Below, in pieces: positions 34,743 to 46,183 of a DNA stretch of 64,000 nucleotides. Source of the DNA: a virus. Position numbers and translations under genes: made by a program. The stretch is taken from IMG/VR virus record IMGVR_UViG_3300020548_000306; one strand, 5' to 3'. Each line of letters begins with the position of its first letter. The stretch's first letter is position 1. Below the pieces are notes generated by a model. It worked only from the letters and a program-made list of their open reading frames with translations, was not told where the DNA came from and did not search any database.

Positions 34743-37700
34743 TTAATATATTATTGTTGTTGCAGTAAACCCAGATAACGTATGGGTACTTGCAGTTATT
34801 GTATATTTAGGTGGTAAATTAGCACCGTTTGTTGCAATTAACTCTGTAATTGTATTAACCGTATTGGCAGAAACATCACTCATTGACCAGTTTCTAGTAC
34901 CATCACTAAATAAATACTCATTAGCCCATAACATTGGTTTTATAGATAAAACCAAGTTTCTTTTTTTAGCCATTGAATTTTGTTTTTGTAGTCTTCTTTG
35001 GATGAAAATTTGGTCTTCAATAAAATCATGTAATCCAGTACTCCAACTGTTTAATATTGGGTCCCACGCATAATCTACATGTGATGAAGAGGTACCAACA
35101 CATATTAAATCACCTTTAGTTGCACCAGTTGGTAATTCACTAACAGTTGATACTGCACTTAAATATTTTACATCACTAACACCACTTAATAAACTACTTA
35201 AAGGGATTCCATGTGTTGGGTAATTAACCGTATTCCACTCTGTATATGCTGAAGCTCTAGACCACCATGTGTATTTAATACGTCTCATAGTACCCTTTGA
35301 ATAGTATTTACTAAGATTAGTGATAGGTTGTATTGGTTGATTATAATCAACAGATGGGAAATCTGATTTTTTAAACCCTAAATACATACCATCAATTATG
35401 TCACTTATTTTACCTTCTTGCTCTTCATAATACTCTCTATATTCTTGACTAGTATAGCCAAAGTCAATTCCGTTTGGTCCATTATTTGGGGTTAATGAAT
35501 TAATTGATGAAAAATTACATGTTGTTGCCGTGTAATATAATAAATCAATATCTGAACCGCTTGGCATATTATTTAAATCATCCATTAAATCTAAATTCCT
35601 AAAGTTTATATATGCTGGTGCTGGTGGTTCAGCGTCACAACTAAATTCACTAAATTGGTTTCTCTTAGTTAAACATAAATCATTTGTAGTTTCACAATCA
35701 ACTGTTATTTTATAATCACAAGGTAAACATTTACCATTTGTTTCTATAATTTGTTTACCAGTTACTGGTGTTGCATTTTGCATAACCCATTTTTTAAATG
35801 GATGTAGTAGTAAATAATTACTAGCCCATGTAAATGGTTTTAAAGATAATCTAAGTTCGTTCCATGCTTTTAACCAAGCGTCACGGTTTGCTCTATAGGT
35901 GGTTTTATAATCTTCAAAATCACCACTCCATCCAGTCACCCATTGTTGTGTTTGTGGGTCCCAGATATAATCTAAATCATCTGATTCTGAATAATGTACG
36001 TCTCCAGGTTGACCAATTAAAGGTAATTCAGCTGGGCTTGACACAGCTTTCCTCCAAGTAAGCTGGTCAGTATATGCTGAAAGAACCATACCCATAGAAA
36101 TTGGTGTGCCTGGACTTCCATACCATAATGTGTTTAAAGATATTTTAGCTGGGTAATATGTGTGTGTTTTTTTAGGTACACCTTTATCGAAGAAGTTCCA
36201 TGGCCATGTGTGTGGTTGATTAAATCTTGGTGATGTAGGTAGTACCATTTTTTTAAATGTGTCTTTGTTTGGTCCTTCGGCTATGCCATTGATGTTTAAT
36301 TCGTCTGCAACTTCATCATAACAATACCCTAAACTCATTTCTTCTTGGAAAGTAGTTCCAGTATTGTAAAATGTATCATATGTATCCCTAACATCAGCCA
36401 TATAATTATCTAAATCACTAGGGTAATCTATATATGAATCAATAACAGATTGTAAACTAGAATAATTACAAAAATTACAAATTGAGTCTGAGCTACCCCA
36501 AGAATTAAGTTCTGATGATGTAGGTATACCTCTGATATCATCCATTAAATCAAATCTTGTTATTGTTGTTATCCCTTCATTACAATCACCAGATTCACAT
36601 TCGCTACCACAAGTTGAATAGAATTTTTCGATTTGTGCATAAACACATTCATTTAAGAAATCCCATGAAGTATTACTAGGGTCTTTAAAACCATCAATGC
36701 ATGTCGTTAAATTACCAGTTTTGTATTGGAATTTTTGTTGGTCAAATAATGTATTACCATAAATAATTGTGTTACCCCATATTGTTGTTGACGGAATGAC
36801 TTGTTCAACAATATCTGTCCAGTAATTACCGACCATATCTGTTAAACTTCTCATCTTGTCATATGTATACGCTAAACTTAGATTTGTTGTGTATAATGAT
36901 GAATGTAAGTATTTGTCATAGAATGCTCTTAACGTTGCATATTTTGAAATAGTTTTTCTATTCTTAACATCAATCATTTCAGATGAAATAATTTCCTTAA
37001 AATTAACATCAGATGAAATGTTAGCTAAATTAGTTGATGTCAATGAGTCATATGAAACACAGTCAGAACCACAACCACATGTGTCAATTGTTGTACCAGT
37101 CGTTGCTGAAATAACATTTCTACTAATAGATGTACATACTGGTGTTCCACCACTACAATTATTTAATGAATAACCAGATGGACATGAATAACCATTTGAA
37201 ACGCTTAATAAGAATTGACTACCAATCATTTGTTTAGTAGAGAAAATTAAACCAGTTGTTCCAGTTGTTGTTGACGCAGTTAATGTATCTAAACTATCTG
37301 GGTTATAAATTTCGGCAACAAATGCTGCTTGACTACCAGCGTTATATCCTTCAACTTCTATTATTGTAGGACCAGAAGGTATACTAATAGGAAATACATG
37401 TAAATAATTAAAGTTTCTTGCGTTAGTTTGGTTAAAATTAACAATTAATTCACCGTTTATTTTAAATCTAAGCCAGTTATCTGAAGCCAACCCTAAATAA
37501 TAAACTTTTGGTTCTAGTATATCAATACAAACAGTAAACCCTATCCATTCATATTCTGGATAGTTTGTACTACTACCACTAGGATTAGCTAAGTATGTTC
37601 CCCATACACCAGCATCATTTAATCTACCATCGGAATAGTTACCAGCATTATTAGACCAAAATGTATTTCCAGTACTAACTAATTTTTGTACTGATACAGT

Positions 37701-40679
37701 AGTACCAGAACTATCAGTAACTGTACTAGATGGTAAGGTTAATGGATATATAAAGTTATCAATGTTTTCATAAAATCTAGCACCAAAATTATTATATGAT
37801 GTAACTTTTTGTCCAGTATAAGCAGTAAACATTGTTCCACTAAATGTTGCAGCAATTGTTGATGATGAATAACAACTATCATTTGAAGGTGATGTATTAT
37901 AACCATTAGGACAACTAAATGCTATTACATTTTGATTACATAAACCACTATAAACATTTAATATATCATTATTATCATTAATATAACACCATACATCAGT
38001 TTCTATTGCTGATGCAATGTTCATGTTTAAGTCAATCTCTTTTGTGTTGATTACTAATCTTTCATCTAATACTTCATAATCAGTATTTCTAATTGACGTA
38101 CCACCAGTTGGATTTGAAATAACAAATTCTCTATTTACATATGTTGTGTTGCTAACCCAAGATTTTTTATTATCAACAATTCTTGTTAAATTAAAACCTG
38201 GTGATTGCGTCAATGTAACAAAACCTTCAGTACCGTTAACACATTCCTTATTAAGTTTAATGTTATCTAACATCACACAAATATCACTACATGTATTGTT
38301 AACTTTAAGTGATATTTTTATCTTTTTGTTTTTGATTGATTCTAATATGTTCTCATCATCAATTACTTCGCTATAATTTAACCAATTAGATGACATTATC
38401 TTTTGAGATAATGAACCTTTAAACGTTTCTATTTCAGCTTTTTCGTAACCAGATTGATTATATAAACTTTTTAGAATCATATCTCTAGTAAACCTACATG
38501 ACGAAACATTACATAAATCACCATTTGGTGTTGTTCTACCTTCACATTCAAACATATAGAAACCTAGTGGTGCTGAAGGACCATATAAATTGTATTTTTC
38601 AAATATCAATGGTACACATTCATCTTTTTCAGCCCAAACCAATTCATCTTCATCTGGTTTACCACAAACATAAAAACCACTATCGTTTTGTTTTTCTAAT
38701 AAATATTCATATAAATTACCAGTACCAATAGTTGGGAATAATGGGAATTCATATACTGTTGTTAGTGAACCATCAGATTCAACTACGTCTAATGTAAAAC
38801 TAACGTCTAACGTTTCTAAGACATCAGTTATTGTTTTACATGTCGTAGTTTCAGTTGTTGTCTGTTGTGCTAGTAGAGTTGTTAATTGAGCATTTAAAAG
38901 TTCTAATTGTGTGTTACAATTAGTTTGTTCTGTAATTTTGGTGTCAAGTCTTTGTTTAATTATAGATTTTGTTGTAAAAGCTGTTGTACATTCAGTTAAA
39001 TATATTTGTCCGTTTGTTTCTTGTAATTTATACAATGTTGCAACTTGTTGACAAGTATATGATGTAGAATCACCTCTTGTGAATTTTTCATAGTTAACTG
39101 GTCCTAATATTTTTTGCCATTCAGCTAAACCGTTTGGTTCTGAAATACAAAAAGTTTTTGAACTAGTATTTGCTGCTGTTCTACCATATTGATAAAAAGC
39201 AAAAGGAGTTGTACTAGAAATGTCACCAAACCCAGTATTGTTAAAGTTATTTGAAACAACTTTAACTGGTGTTATTGGATTCCTATAAGGTTTGTTCGCA
39301 AAATTATATGTTGTAGTTCTAGTGTAAGGGTCACTAAACCAAATTGGGGTTTCTCCCCAGTCTGGTAAATATGGTGAAGGTATGTACCCTCCGTCTACTA
39401 CTTCTGGGTAATATCCACCTCTTCCACCTCTTCCGCTGCCAGTAGTTGTAGTTGTTCCACCTCCAGTTGTCCCACCATTAGTTGTAGTTGTTGTAGTGGT
39501 TGTTGTGGTTGTTGTCGTTTCGGTATTAAGTGGACAATTTAAGGTTATTGATTTTGATAACGAAAGGCCTTTTGAATCTGTTACAGTAAACCACGCTATT
39601 TGTGATAATGTATAATTAAAATTAGGTTCGCCTTGAGAACCACTAGTATAATTGTTACCACCAAAGTTTTCGGTATCTAAAGGATAATTAAATATATTAA
39701 GAGTATTATTTGGTATATTTACTTCAAATACTTTTCCAATAATCGAATCTTCTTTGGTTAAAGCTGGACGAATATTATATTTGTAAGGTGGTGTACCACC
39801 TTGTATGTTACTAATTAGAGTTCTATAACCTTTTTTACCAACACCTTCATTTACGCATGTATATGACACATTAAAACTTAATGGTGAAACATTATTAGTC
39901 TGTGGGGTTATGTAACTATTAAAATTTTCGCAAGTCACTGAATAAGAAGTGTTGCTAAATTCAGTAGTTAACGTAGTAATTTCTTGTCTAATAGTTTCAC
40001 ATTTAGTTTCTTGTACTGCTATTTCTTGTCTTAATATATTAATTTCACTTGTTGAATCACCTTGTGGGTCAAATGCGTTTACCATTAATTGTTGTAACTT
40101 AGCACAATCTAATTTAAATAAATAATCAAATTCTACATTTAACGTACAATCAATATCATTAGTACCCACATTAAAAATGTTACCATCATTCCCTTTAGGG
40201 TTAAGTACTATTTTAAATGTTGTTGCACATGAATCTGTTGGCGGTGCTACTGGTTTAGTTCTACATGTTTGTGTATTATCATCCCATGTTGCTTTTGTAC
40301 CAGCTGGTAAATTGAAATAACTTTTACCAGTTTTTTCAACACTCATTTTTTCAATTTGAGGTACTATATATTGAGTAAATTGCTGCTCACAACAAAACTT
40401 ACCTAAATAGTTTGTTGAATAATTAAGAATTTTCTTTTCTTCTCTAGTATATAAAGAATTAATAAAAATTTGAATTTCACCTTCTGGTGTTATATCGATT
40501 ATTTCGTGTTTAAGCGTTAACCCATCATAAGTATTATTTTTTAAAAAATAATCATGTTGTTGTTTGTTAAAATTTACTGCTACATTTTTTAATAAAGTAT
40601 CACGATTAGCTCTACATGTAGATGAACCATCTTCCCTATCATAACCAATTGGTTGTGCTATCTCAAATAAATATCCCAT
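34743..40679 (-). CDS. Giant (1978 aa) modular baseplate/tail-appendage protein
   Basis: SprB-like repeat (QGGTPPYKY...TVTDSKG), poly-Thr linker, coiled coils, PA14-like segment (ASDNWLRFKING...GPTIIEVEGYN), VEQVIPSTTIW, duplicated C-terminal modules. Confidence 0.75.
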   Translation of the reverse strand: MGYLFEIAQPIGYDREDGSSTCRANRDTLLKNVAVNFNKQQHDYFLKNNTYDGLTLKHEIIDITPEGEIQIFINSLYTREEKKILNYSTNYLGKFCCEQQFTQYIVPQIEKMSVEKTGKSYFNLPAGTKATWDDNTQTCRTKPVAPPTDSCATTFKIVLNPKGNDGNIFNVGTNDIDCTLNVEFDYLFKLDCAKLQQLMVNAFDPQGDSTSEINILRQEIAVQETKCETIRQEITTLTTEFSNTSYSVTCENFNSYITPQTNNVSPLSFNVSYTCVNEGVGKKGYRTLISNIQGGTPPYKYNIRPALTKEDSIIGKVFEVNIPNNTLNIFNYPLDTENFGGNNYTSGSQGEPNFNYTLSQIAWFTVTDSKGLSLSKSITLNCPLNTETTTTTTTTTTTTTNGGTTGGGTTTTTGSGRGGRGGYYPEVVDGGYIPSPYLPDWGETPIWFSDPYTRTTTYNFANKPYRNPITPVKVVSNNFNNTGFGDISSTTPFAFYQYGRTAANTSSKTFCISEPNGLAEWQKILGPVNYEKFTRGDSTSYTCQQVATLYKLQETNGQIYLTECTTAFTTKSIIKQRLDTKITEQTNCNTQLELLNAQLTTLLAQQTTTETTTCKTITDVLETLDVSFTLDVVESDGSLTTVYEFPLFPTIGTGNLYEYLLEKQNDSGFYVCGKPDEDELVWAEKDECVPLIFEKYNLYGPSAPLGFYMFECEGRTTPNGDLCNVSSCRFTRDMILKSLYNQSGYEKAEIETFKGSLSQKIMSSNWLNYSEVIDDENILESIKNKKIKISLKVNNTCSDICVMLDNIKLNKECVNGTEGFVTLTQSPGFNLTRIVDNKKSWVSNTTYVNREFVISNPTGGTSIRNTDYEVLDERLVINTKEIDLNMNIASAIETDVWCYINDNNDILNVYSGLCNQNVIAFSCPNGYNTSPSNDSCYSSSTIAATFSGTMFTAYTGQKVTSYNNFGARFYENIDNFIYPLTLPSSTVTDSSGTTVSVQKLVSTGNTFWSNNAGNYSDGRLNDAGVWGTYLANPSGSSTNYPEYEWIGFTVCIDILEPKVYYLGLASDNWLRFKINGELIVNFNQTNARNFNYLHVFPISIPSGPTIIEVEGYNAGSQAAFVAEIYNPDSLDTLTASTTTGTTGLIFSTKQMIGSQFLLSVSNGYSCPSGYSLNNCSGGTPVCTSISRNVISATTGTTIDTCGCGSDCVSYDSLTSTNLANISSDVNFKEIISSEMIDVKNRKTISKYATLRAFYDKYLHSSLYTTNLSLAYTYDKMRSLTDMVGNYWTDIVEQVIPSTTIWGNTIIYGNTLFDQQKFQYKTGNLTTCIDGFKDPSNTSWDFLNECVYAQIEKFYSTCGSECESGDCNEGITTITRFDLMDDIRGIPTSSELNSWGSSDSICNFCNYSSLQSVIDSYIDYPSDLDNYMADVRDTYDTFYNTGTTFQEEMSLGYCYDEVADELNINGIAEGPNKDTFKKMVLPTSPRFNQPHTWPWNFFDKGVPKKTHTYYPAKISLNTLWYGSPGTPISMGMVLSAYTDQLTWRKAVSSPAELPLIGQPGDVHYSESDDLDYIWDPQTQQWVTGWSGDFEDYKTTYRANRDAWLKAWNELRLSLKPFTWASNYLLLHPFKKWVMQNATPVTGKQIIETNGKCLPCDYKITVDCETTNDLCLTKRNQFSEFSCDAEPPAPAYINFRNLDLMDDLNNMPSGSDIDLLYYTATTCNFSSINSLTPNNGPNGIDFGYTSQEYREYYEEQEGKISDIIDGMYLGFKKSDFPSVDYNQPIQPITNLSKYYSKGTMRRIKYTWWSRASAYTEWNTVNYPTHGIPLSSLLSGVSDVKYLSAVSTVSELPTGATKGDLICVGTSSSHVDYAWDPILNSWSTGLHDFIEDQIFIQRRLQKQNSMAKKRNLVLSIKPMLWANEYLFSDGTRNWSMSDVSANTVNTITELIATNGANLPPKYTITASTHTLSGFTATTIIY
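39410..39522. repeat. Low-complexity Thr/Gly tract (T13, GGTTGGGTTTTTGSGRGGRGG)
   Basis: GTT/GTA/GTG triplet runs on the plus strand. Confidence 0.85.
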
Positions 40680-40684
40680 TTTAA

Positions 40685-43390
40685 TTATTCATATAAACTT
40701 TTTGTTAGTGTTAAAGGTTCGCAACAACCTATTTCACCTTTAATTTTTCCCTCTATATACTGATACATATAACCTTCTAAACCTAAATTTAAATCTGCTA
40801 TACCAGCATTTGTTAATTTACACCCAAACCCTTCAATGTTAGTGTAAGGGTCTTTTATTTTTGTTGATATTGTATAATATGTTGGACAATGTGACCCATC
40901 TGGGGTTACTAATGCTAATCTACCATCACCATAAAAACTTTTAAATGTTAAAAATTTATTGGTAGACCCAATTGGAACTATAGTTGGTTGCAATATATCG
41001 CCTCTAGAGTAAGAATCACCAACTCTATCATATATAACTTCCCTCATACTCCATTTACATGCTGCTGTACACCCACATTTATTATTACCACAACAAATAT
41101 TACCACTAGTCATCATGTTTAAAGATGTTGGTGAATCTATACCTTCTTCATATTGACTTTCAAAGAACATTGATGTACCACCAATAGTTTTACAACATTC
41201 TTTATCAATAAAAATGCTGCTATAATTAGCACTAGTATCATTTTTTATTGGTACACCTTTTGCGTCTCTTTCATACAATTCAAACACATAAATACCAGTT
41301 GGTGCGTCAAGTTGTTTACTTATTATATTATCACAAGTTAAAGTGGTTGAACCAGCTTTAGTTACACAAACATTCAAAGCATCATCATCCCCTTCACATG
41401 GACATCCACAAACACTAACTGTTTGTGTTGGCATTGGGTCTGGAATAACCTCGGCAGTGTAAACATAACAGCTATCTAAATCGTTACCAGCATCATCAAC
41501 TATATCAATATATGTTTGACCATTATAACCATTAATAAGTCCTAAATTGTAATTTGTAAATAGATTACTAGTATTACTAACTCTAGCTGTTGTACTAACA
41601 GTTACTGTTGAAAAATTAGGTATTAGTGTTCTGAATTGGTTAATGTATTTAGAACCTCCATCGTATGGTCCTACGTGAGGGTTATTACCTAATAATATAT
41701 CTATGTCGGCCATTTGACCACCAGTCTGTCTATACCATAACCCATAATTTTGGTAATACATTTCATCAGAGTTAGGTAAAGGTTTTGGATACCCATCAGT
41801 GTCAACTGGATATAAACTAGGGTCAGTATCTAATCCATTTGCATCTAAAACTTCCAAAAATAAATCAATATCAATTGGACCATCAGCTAAATAAATGTAT
41901 TCGTTAAATGTTATTAAACCATTAGGTATACCTAAAAACTTTAATAAAAATTCAACTGACTTTCTAGCACCTTTTGCTTTCCATATCCATGGTGAGTTTA
42001 ATATTAATCTTCTCCATAGTTCAATATCAACTTCAGAAGGAGTCATACCAATTGATTGACCAGCGTAGCTAGACTTTTCACTTTTAGTGAAAGTTTCTAA
42101 TAAGTCATCACCTAAGACAGATGTTATTAATTCCCACCCTAAAACTCTTGCCAAATCTTTTAAATATTTATCTGGCATGTTGTTCTTTTTGTTGTATGTA
42201 ACAACATGTGCAAATGAGATACCTTTGATGAATTTATTTATATCATCAAAAGACCTACCATAAATGTTTAAAGTTTTTGTTACTTTTTGTCCAGTAGTTG
42301 TGTCTTGATGTAATTCATCTAAACGTACTGGTAAAGTATCAAAACTAGAAATTGATTCAGAAACTAAAAATCTAGTCATTAAACTTGTTTCATTTGCGTC
42401 AAATTCATTAACCATTTCTAATATGTCTGTGACATAATTTTCATAATCAACACTGTTAAATTCTAAATTATAACCATCTTTTACTGGCCATGTTAAAGTT
42501 TTAGTTTGTGTTATTAAATTACCAGTTTCTGATTTTTGTGGATATTCAAATGTTATTGTGTATTTTGGTATTGTTGTTAAGTTTAATAAAACTTTTTTTA
42601 ATCCGTCTAATGTATTGAAAAATAAATTTGTTGCAGCACTTTTTGGTTTAATGTGATAAGTTAGCGTTTGACTTACACTATTACCAAATGGGTCACCAAC
42701 AACTGTTAAATAAATATAATCATTCTCAACATCATTAGAACCAATAAATTCTACTAAATTGTATTCAGTGTCATTAATGAATACACAATATTCTAAATAA
42801 TTAATGACTAAATCTCTAAGTTTATTACTTTCGTTGTATGTATTAAGCAATGTTCCAGTTTGAACATAATTAATATCATATTTATTTATTAACGCACCAG
42901 TACTTACTTTAAAAGTTGCTAAATTTGTTAATATATCGTATGAATAATCTTCATAAGTATTTGTTAAAATACTAATAGAAGGATTAATAGCGTTTACGTA
43001 GATTGACGCTGGCCATGAAGTTATTATATCTTCTAAAGTAACCCTAAAATATTCACTCATTGACCCAAATAACGCATGATTTTTAAGGTTCGTAGAATCT
43101 AGTCTTAAAATTGTTTTTGCGTTAGCTTTAACGATTTCTTGGAATTGAGTATCGTTAGGAGTTAATTCATCAATAGAATAAAACTTTGAGAAATTATTTG
43201 TGATGTAGTTTTTTGTTACTTTAGGGTCTAAGTTTGTTGTCACACTAAAGTTACCCATAGTGAATAAAGTGTTACCCCCATTATTGGTTAACTGTAAACC
43301 AACTAGGTCTGGACTGAATTCAGTGTATTCTATATTTCTATTATAGATTGTTTTTTTAGAATACCCAGGTACTTTAATTTTTTTAGCCAT
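40685..43390 (-). CDS. Baseplate protein with a P2 gpI (tail protein I)-like domain
   Basis: MPDKYLKDLARVLGW...LWRRLILNSPWIWKAKGARKSVEFLLKFLG. Confidence 0.7.
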   Translation of the reverse strand: MAKKIKVPGYSKKTIYNRNIEYTEFSPDLVGLQLTNNGGNTLFTMGNFSVTTNLDPKVTKNYITNNFSKFYSIDELTPNDTQFQEIVKANAKTILRLDSTNLKNHALFGSMSEYFRVTLEDIITSWPASIYVNAINPSISILTNTYEDYSYDILTNLATFKVSTGALINKYDINYVQTGTLLNTYNESNKLRDLVINYLEYCVFINDTEYNLVEFIGSNDVENDYIYLTVVGDPFGNSVSQTLTYHIKPKSAATNLFFNTLDGLKKVLLNLTTIPKYTITFEYPQKSETGNLITQTKTLTWPVKDGYNLEFNSVDYENYVTDILEMVNEFDANETSLMTRFLVSESISSFDTLPVRLDELHQDTTTGQKVTKTLNIYGRSFDDINKFIKGISFAHVVTYNKKNNMPDKYLKDLARVLGWELITSVLGDDLLETFTKSEKSSYAGQSIGMTPSEVDIELWRRLILNSPWIWKAKGARKSVEFLLKFLGIPNGLITFNEYIYLADGPIDIDLFLEVLDANGLDTDPSLYPVDTDGYPKPLPNSDEMYYQNYGLWYRQTGGQMADIDILLGNNPHVGPYDGGSKYINQFRTLIPNFSTVTVSTTARVSNTSNLFTNYNLGLINGYNGQTYIDIVDDAGNDLDSCYVYTAEVIPDPMPTQTVSVCGCPCEGDDDALNVCVTKAGSTTLTCDNIISKQLDAPTGIYVFELYERDAKGVPIKNDTSANYSSIFIDKECCKTIGGTSMFFESQYEEGIDSPTSLNMMTSGNICCGNNKCGCTAACKWSMREVIYDRVGDSYSRGDILQPTIVPIGSTNKFLTFKSFYGDGRLALVTPDGSHCPTYYTISTKIKDPYTNIEGFGCKLTNAGIADLNLGLEGYMYQYIEGKIKGEIGCCEPLTLTKSLYE

Positions 43391-43405
43391 TTATCAATTT
43401 AATTT

Positions 43406-44329
43406 TTAAATAGTTGTAATATTTGAAAATGCTTTTGAAAAATCAATAACATTTCGTTGCTCTCTAACTTCAAACAATTGTTTACCACTAAATTGGTCTT
43501 TAATTTCATACAAGTTGTATTGTTTATAAATATTGTTACTAAAGTTATATATAGTATAAATACCATCTTCAAGACTTTTTGTTTGATTACCATATAGTGC
43601 ATATGCTAAAGTTTCAAAATCGTGTTCAACCATTTCAACTTCAATCATAATAGGGTTAAAAAACGTATTAGTTATAATAACTTGTTGATTAGGCTGCCCT
43701 ATAAATGGTGTTGCATTAGGCTTAACATTTGGTGCTGATGAAGGTGTTAAAGTACAAAACGTTAAACTAGAATTATCATTTAAACGATATCTAATCGCTT
43801 TTTGATTTGAGTTAGTTAAATTTTGGTTAACTGGTTCAGCTCTGTTATTAGATGTAATAACTCTATAAAAATTATTTATTTTAGCGTCAGTTGTTGATGA
43901 TGTAGTATTTAAATATTCGATTCTATAACCACTTAAACCGTTGTTCTCAAATTTATTAGCAAATTCAGTTGGTACACTAGAAAGGTCAAATAAAACACCT
44001 TTAATGTCTGGGTATGCTGATAGTACACCTACATCAACTATTTTAACTCTAATCTCAGCTGGTTTAATTACAATAGTGTAAAAACCTTTTGCTGAAAAAT
44101 CAGATACTGGTAATTTTAATGTATACACCCCACCAAAAATTTCAAAAGATGTTACATCTGACAATCCTTTGTTAGGGTTGTCAACTTTTTGTAAAACGTC
44201 AACTGAATTTAATTTAGTAAATGTAGGGTCATCATTTTTATCTCTGCTTGGAGTGAAATGATAAAATATTTCAACATCTTCTGGTGAAATATCAGCTGGT
44301 CTTATTGTTCCGTATGTTCCAGTAGCCAT
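43406..44329 (-). CDS. Probable virion structural protein
   Basis: 307 aa, beta-rich, inside the baseplate cluster. Confidence 0.7.
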   Translation of the reverse strand: MATGTYGTIRPADISPEDVEIFYHFTPSRDKNDDPTFTKLNSVDVLQKVDNPNKGLSDVTSFEIFGGVYTLKLPVSDFSAKGFYTIVIKPAEIRVKIVDVGVLSAYPDIKGVLFDLSSVPTEFANKFENNGLSGYRIEYLNTTSSTTDAKINNFYRVITSNNRAEPVNQNLTNSNQKAIRYRLNDNSSLTFCTLTPSSAPNVKPNATPFIGQPNQQVIITNTFFNPIMIEVEMVEHDFETLAYALYGNQTKSLEDGIYTIYNFSNNIYKQYNLYEIKDQFSGKQLFEVREQRNVIDFSKAFSNITTI

Positions 44330-44474
44330 ATTACTTTTTTATTTGTTTTTTTATTTCTTTAACCATAAAATTAATTTCATAGTTAGATAATTTATTTATT
44401 TCATATAAAGGTAACAACAAATGGTATGAAAGTAACCATTTATCATTAATTTCTTTTTTTTTTTGTGTTATATT

Positions 44475-45356
44475 TTATTGTCTTGTAACTTTAAAATAAC
44501 CTCCATTATAAGTTGCAACATCACCTAATGATTTTATTTCAGCCAATCTTAAATGATTCTCAAAGACATTATTAATACCTCTTTCTATAAATACATCGTC
44601 ATACACTTCTGGAACAGAAATAATGCCTAATAAATATTCTTCTTTTGTTAAACCACTAAATGAAATATTAGTTGTGTTGAATCCTTCACCAATATAGTTA
44701 ACAATTGTTAACGGTATTGTCATTGGTTTATCATCTATTGTAACAAACCTAGTTTGACCAGTGTATTCAACATATCTTAACCCAGTTGTTTGTGTTTGGG
44801 TTCCTAAATTAGCATCATTAACAGTATCTAACACATATATTTTTGGTTCTGCATAACTTTTAATTCTGTCAACACCAATTACTTGGTCGCCTTTATAATT
44901 TGTATAGGTTTCTTTATTTATATCGAAACCAGTTCTATAAGGTAAATTTCTATCGTATGATTTTAAATCTTCAACTTTACTTTCTGTCATACCAGTAATA
45001 GCAGCGTTGACGTAATTATAATAATCTTTTTCAGTACTTGTTGGGTATCTTAAAACGTATGATAAATTATATGGCGTATTTAAATTATTAAATATAGGGT
45101 TAGGTTTATTTTTCATAAACGGAAACGATATGTTTAACTTACTTAATTTATCTTTCAAAATAGTGTAATCAACTGATGAATTAGTTTTATCATATGTCAC
45201 AAAATCAATATCTGTGAATAATCCCATATCATCCATTGTTTGTGTTAAAATTATTTTAACAAAAAATGTTGATGCAGTCATTGCACCCCATGTTTTAGAT
45301 TTATCAGCTCTATCAGTATACTCTTCTAAATTTATTGTTCTTTTAATAACTTCCAT
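44475..45356 (-). CDS. Probable virion structural protein
   Basis: 293 aa; TAATG-coupled to the upstream gene. Confidence 0.7.
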   Translation of the reverse strand: MEVIKRTINLEEYTDRADKSKTWGAMTASTFFVKIILTQTMDDMGLFTDIDFVTYDKTNSSVDYTILKDKLSKLNISFPFMKNKPNPIFNNLNTPYNLSYVLRYPTSTEKDYYNYVNAAITGMTESKVEDLKSYDRNLPYRTGFDINKETYTNYKGDQVIGVDRIKSYAEPKIYVLDTVNDANLGTQTQTTGLRYVEYTGQTRFVTIDDKPMTIPLTIVNYIGEGFNTTNISFSGLTKEEYLLGIISVPEVYDDVFIERGINNVFENHLRLAEIKSLGDVATYNGGYFKVTRQ

Positions 45357-46183
45357 TACAATGCGTTTATTTGATATAAATTAACAATTACGGTTTCATT
45401 GTTATAACTTACATTATTGTTAGGTAAAGCTGTTCCATTCCCTTGATAAGTTGAATCAATATAATACTTAAAACCAGTGTTGGTTCTTATTATTTTATAT
45501 TTAGTATATAATTCTTTAACTAACTTATCTATATATTGTGGTGAGTTTTTAACCATCATATTCAAAGTTTTACCGTTTTTAGCATTTTTAAAAACAGCTT
45601 TCATATATAAATCTTTTGATTCATTGATGGCAATTTGATTTTTAAAATCATAAATAAAATAACCATTTGATATACCGTTTTTAACAACCAATGGATTTGT
45701 TAAAATAAACTTAACTTGTATTTGATTTGCTGGTTTAACTCTACCATCTTTATCAAAATCAATACTATTTAAAAGACAATTAATATTTATTTTATTTACT
45801 AATCTTTGCGTCAACGGATTGTCTGTGTCATAAAATAATAAATCAACAGAACTATAAATAAAACTATTTTTTCTATTACTTAATTCTTCGTTTGTAAAAT
45901 TAATATCGCTATAAAAACTAGAATAAGAATTGCTGCTATTTAAAAAGTTAAAATTATAAATTACTGTATTTATTGGGTTACCATTACTATTAACTGGTGA
46001 AAATCTAGTTTTTTCGTAATCAGAAATTGGGTTGATGGAAGTTTCTACTTGTTCTTTAACAAATATTTCTTCAATTACCTCGTAATTATCAACTATTTGA
46101 AATTCGGTTTGAGCTGGTATAGGTAAATAAAAATAATTAGAACCTAAACTCTTACTGTTTATTGTAAATTTTTTAACATACAT
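45356..46183 (-). CDS. Probable virion structural protein
   Basis: 275 aa; overlaps the upstream stop. Confidence 0.7.
   Translation of the reverse strand: MYVKKFTINSKSLGSNYFYLPIPAQTEFQIVDNYEVIEEIFVKEQVETSINPISDYEKTRFSPVNSNGNPINTVIYNFNFLNSSNSYSSFYSDINFTNEELSNRKNSFIYSSVDLLFYDTDNPLTQRLVNKININCLLNSIDFDKDGRVKPANQIQVKFILTNPLVVKNGISNGYFIYDFKNQIAINESKDLYMKAVFKNAKNGKTLNMMVKNSPQYIDKLVKELYTKYKIIRTNTGFKYYIDSTYQGNGTALPNNNVSYNNETVIVNLYQINAL

Noticed and set aside
33861-40620. Diversity-generating retroelement (TR/VR pair) behind the repeated RAxRD segments
   Set aside because: The similar stretches are short (about 40 bp), differences are not confined to adenines, and no reverse transcriptase is present in the window
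44330-44474. 145-nt intergenic gap with a 7-bp hairpin (AAATGGT/ACCATTT) as an ncRNA
   Set aside because: A single weak AT-rich stem, more consistent with a weak terminator or chance; no further structure
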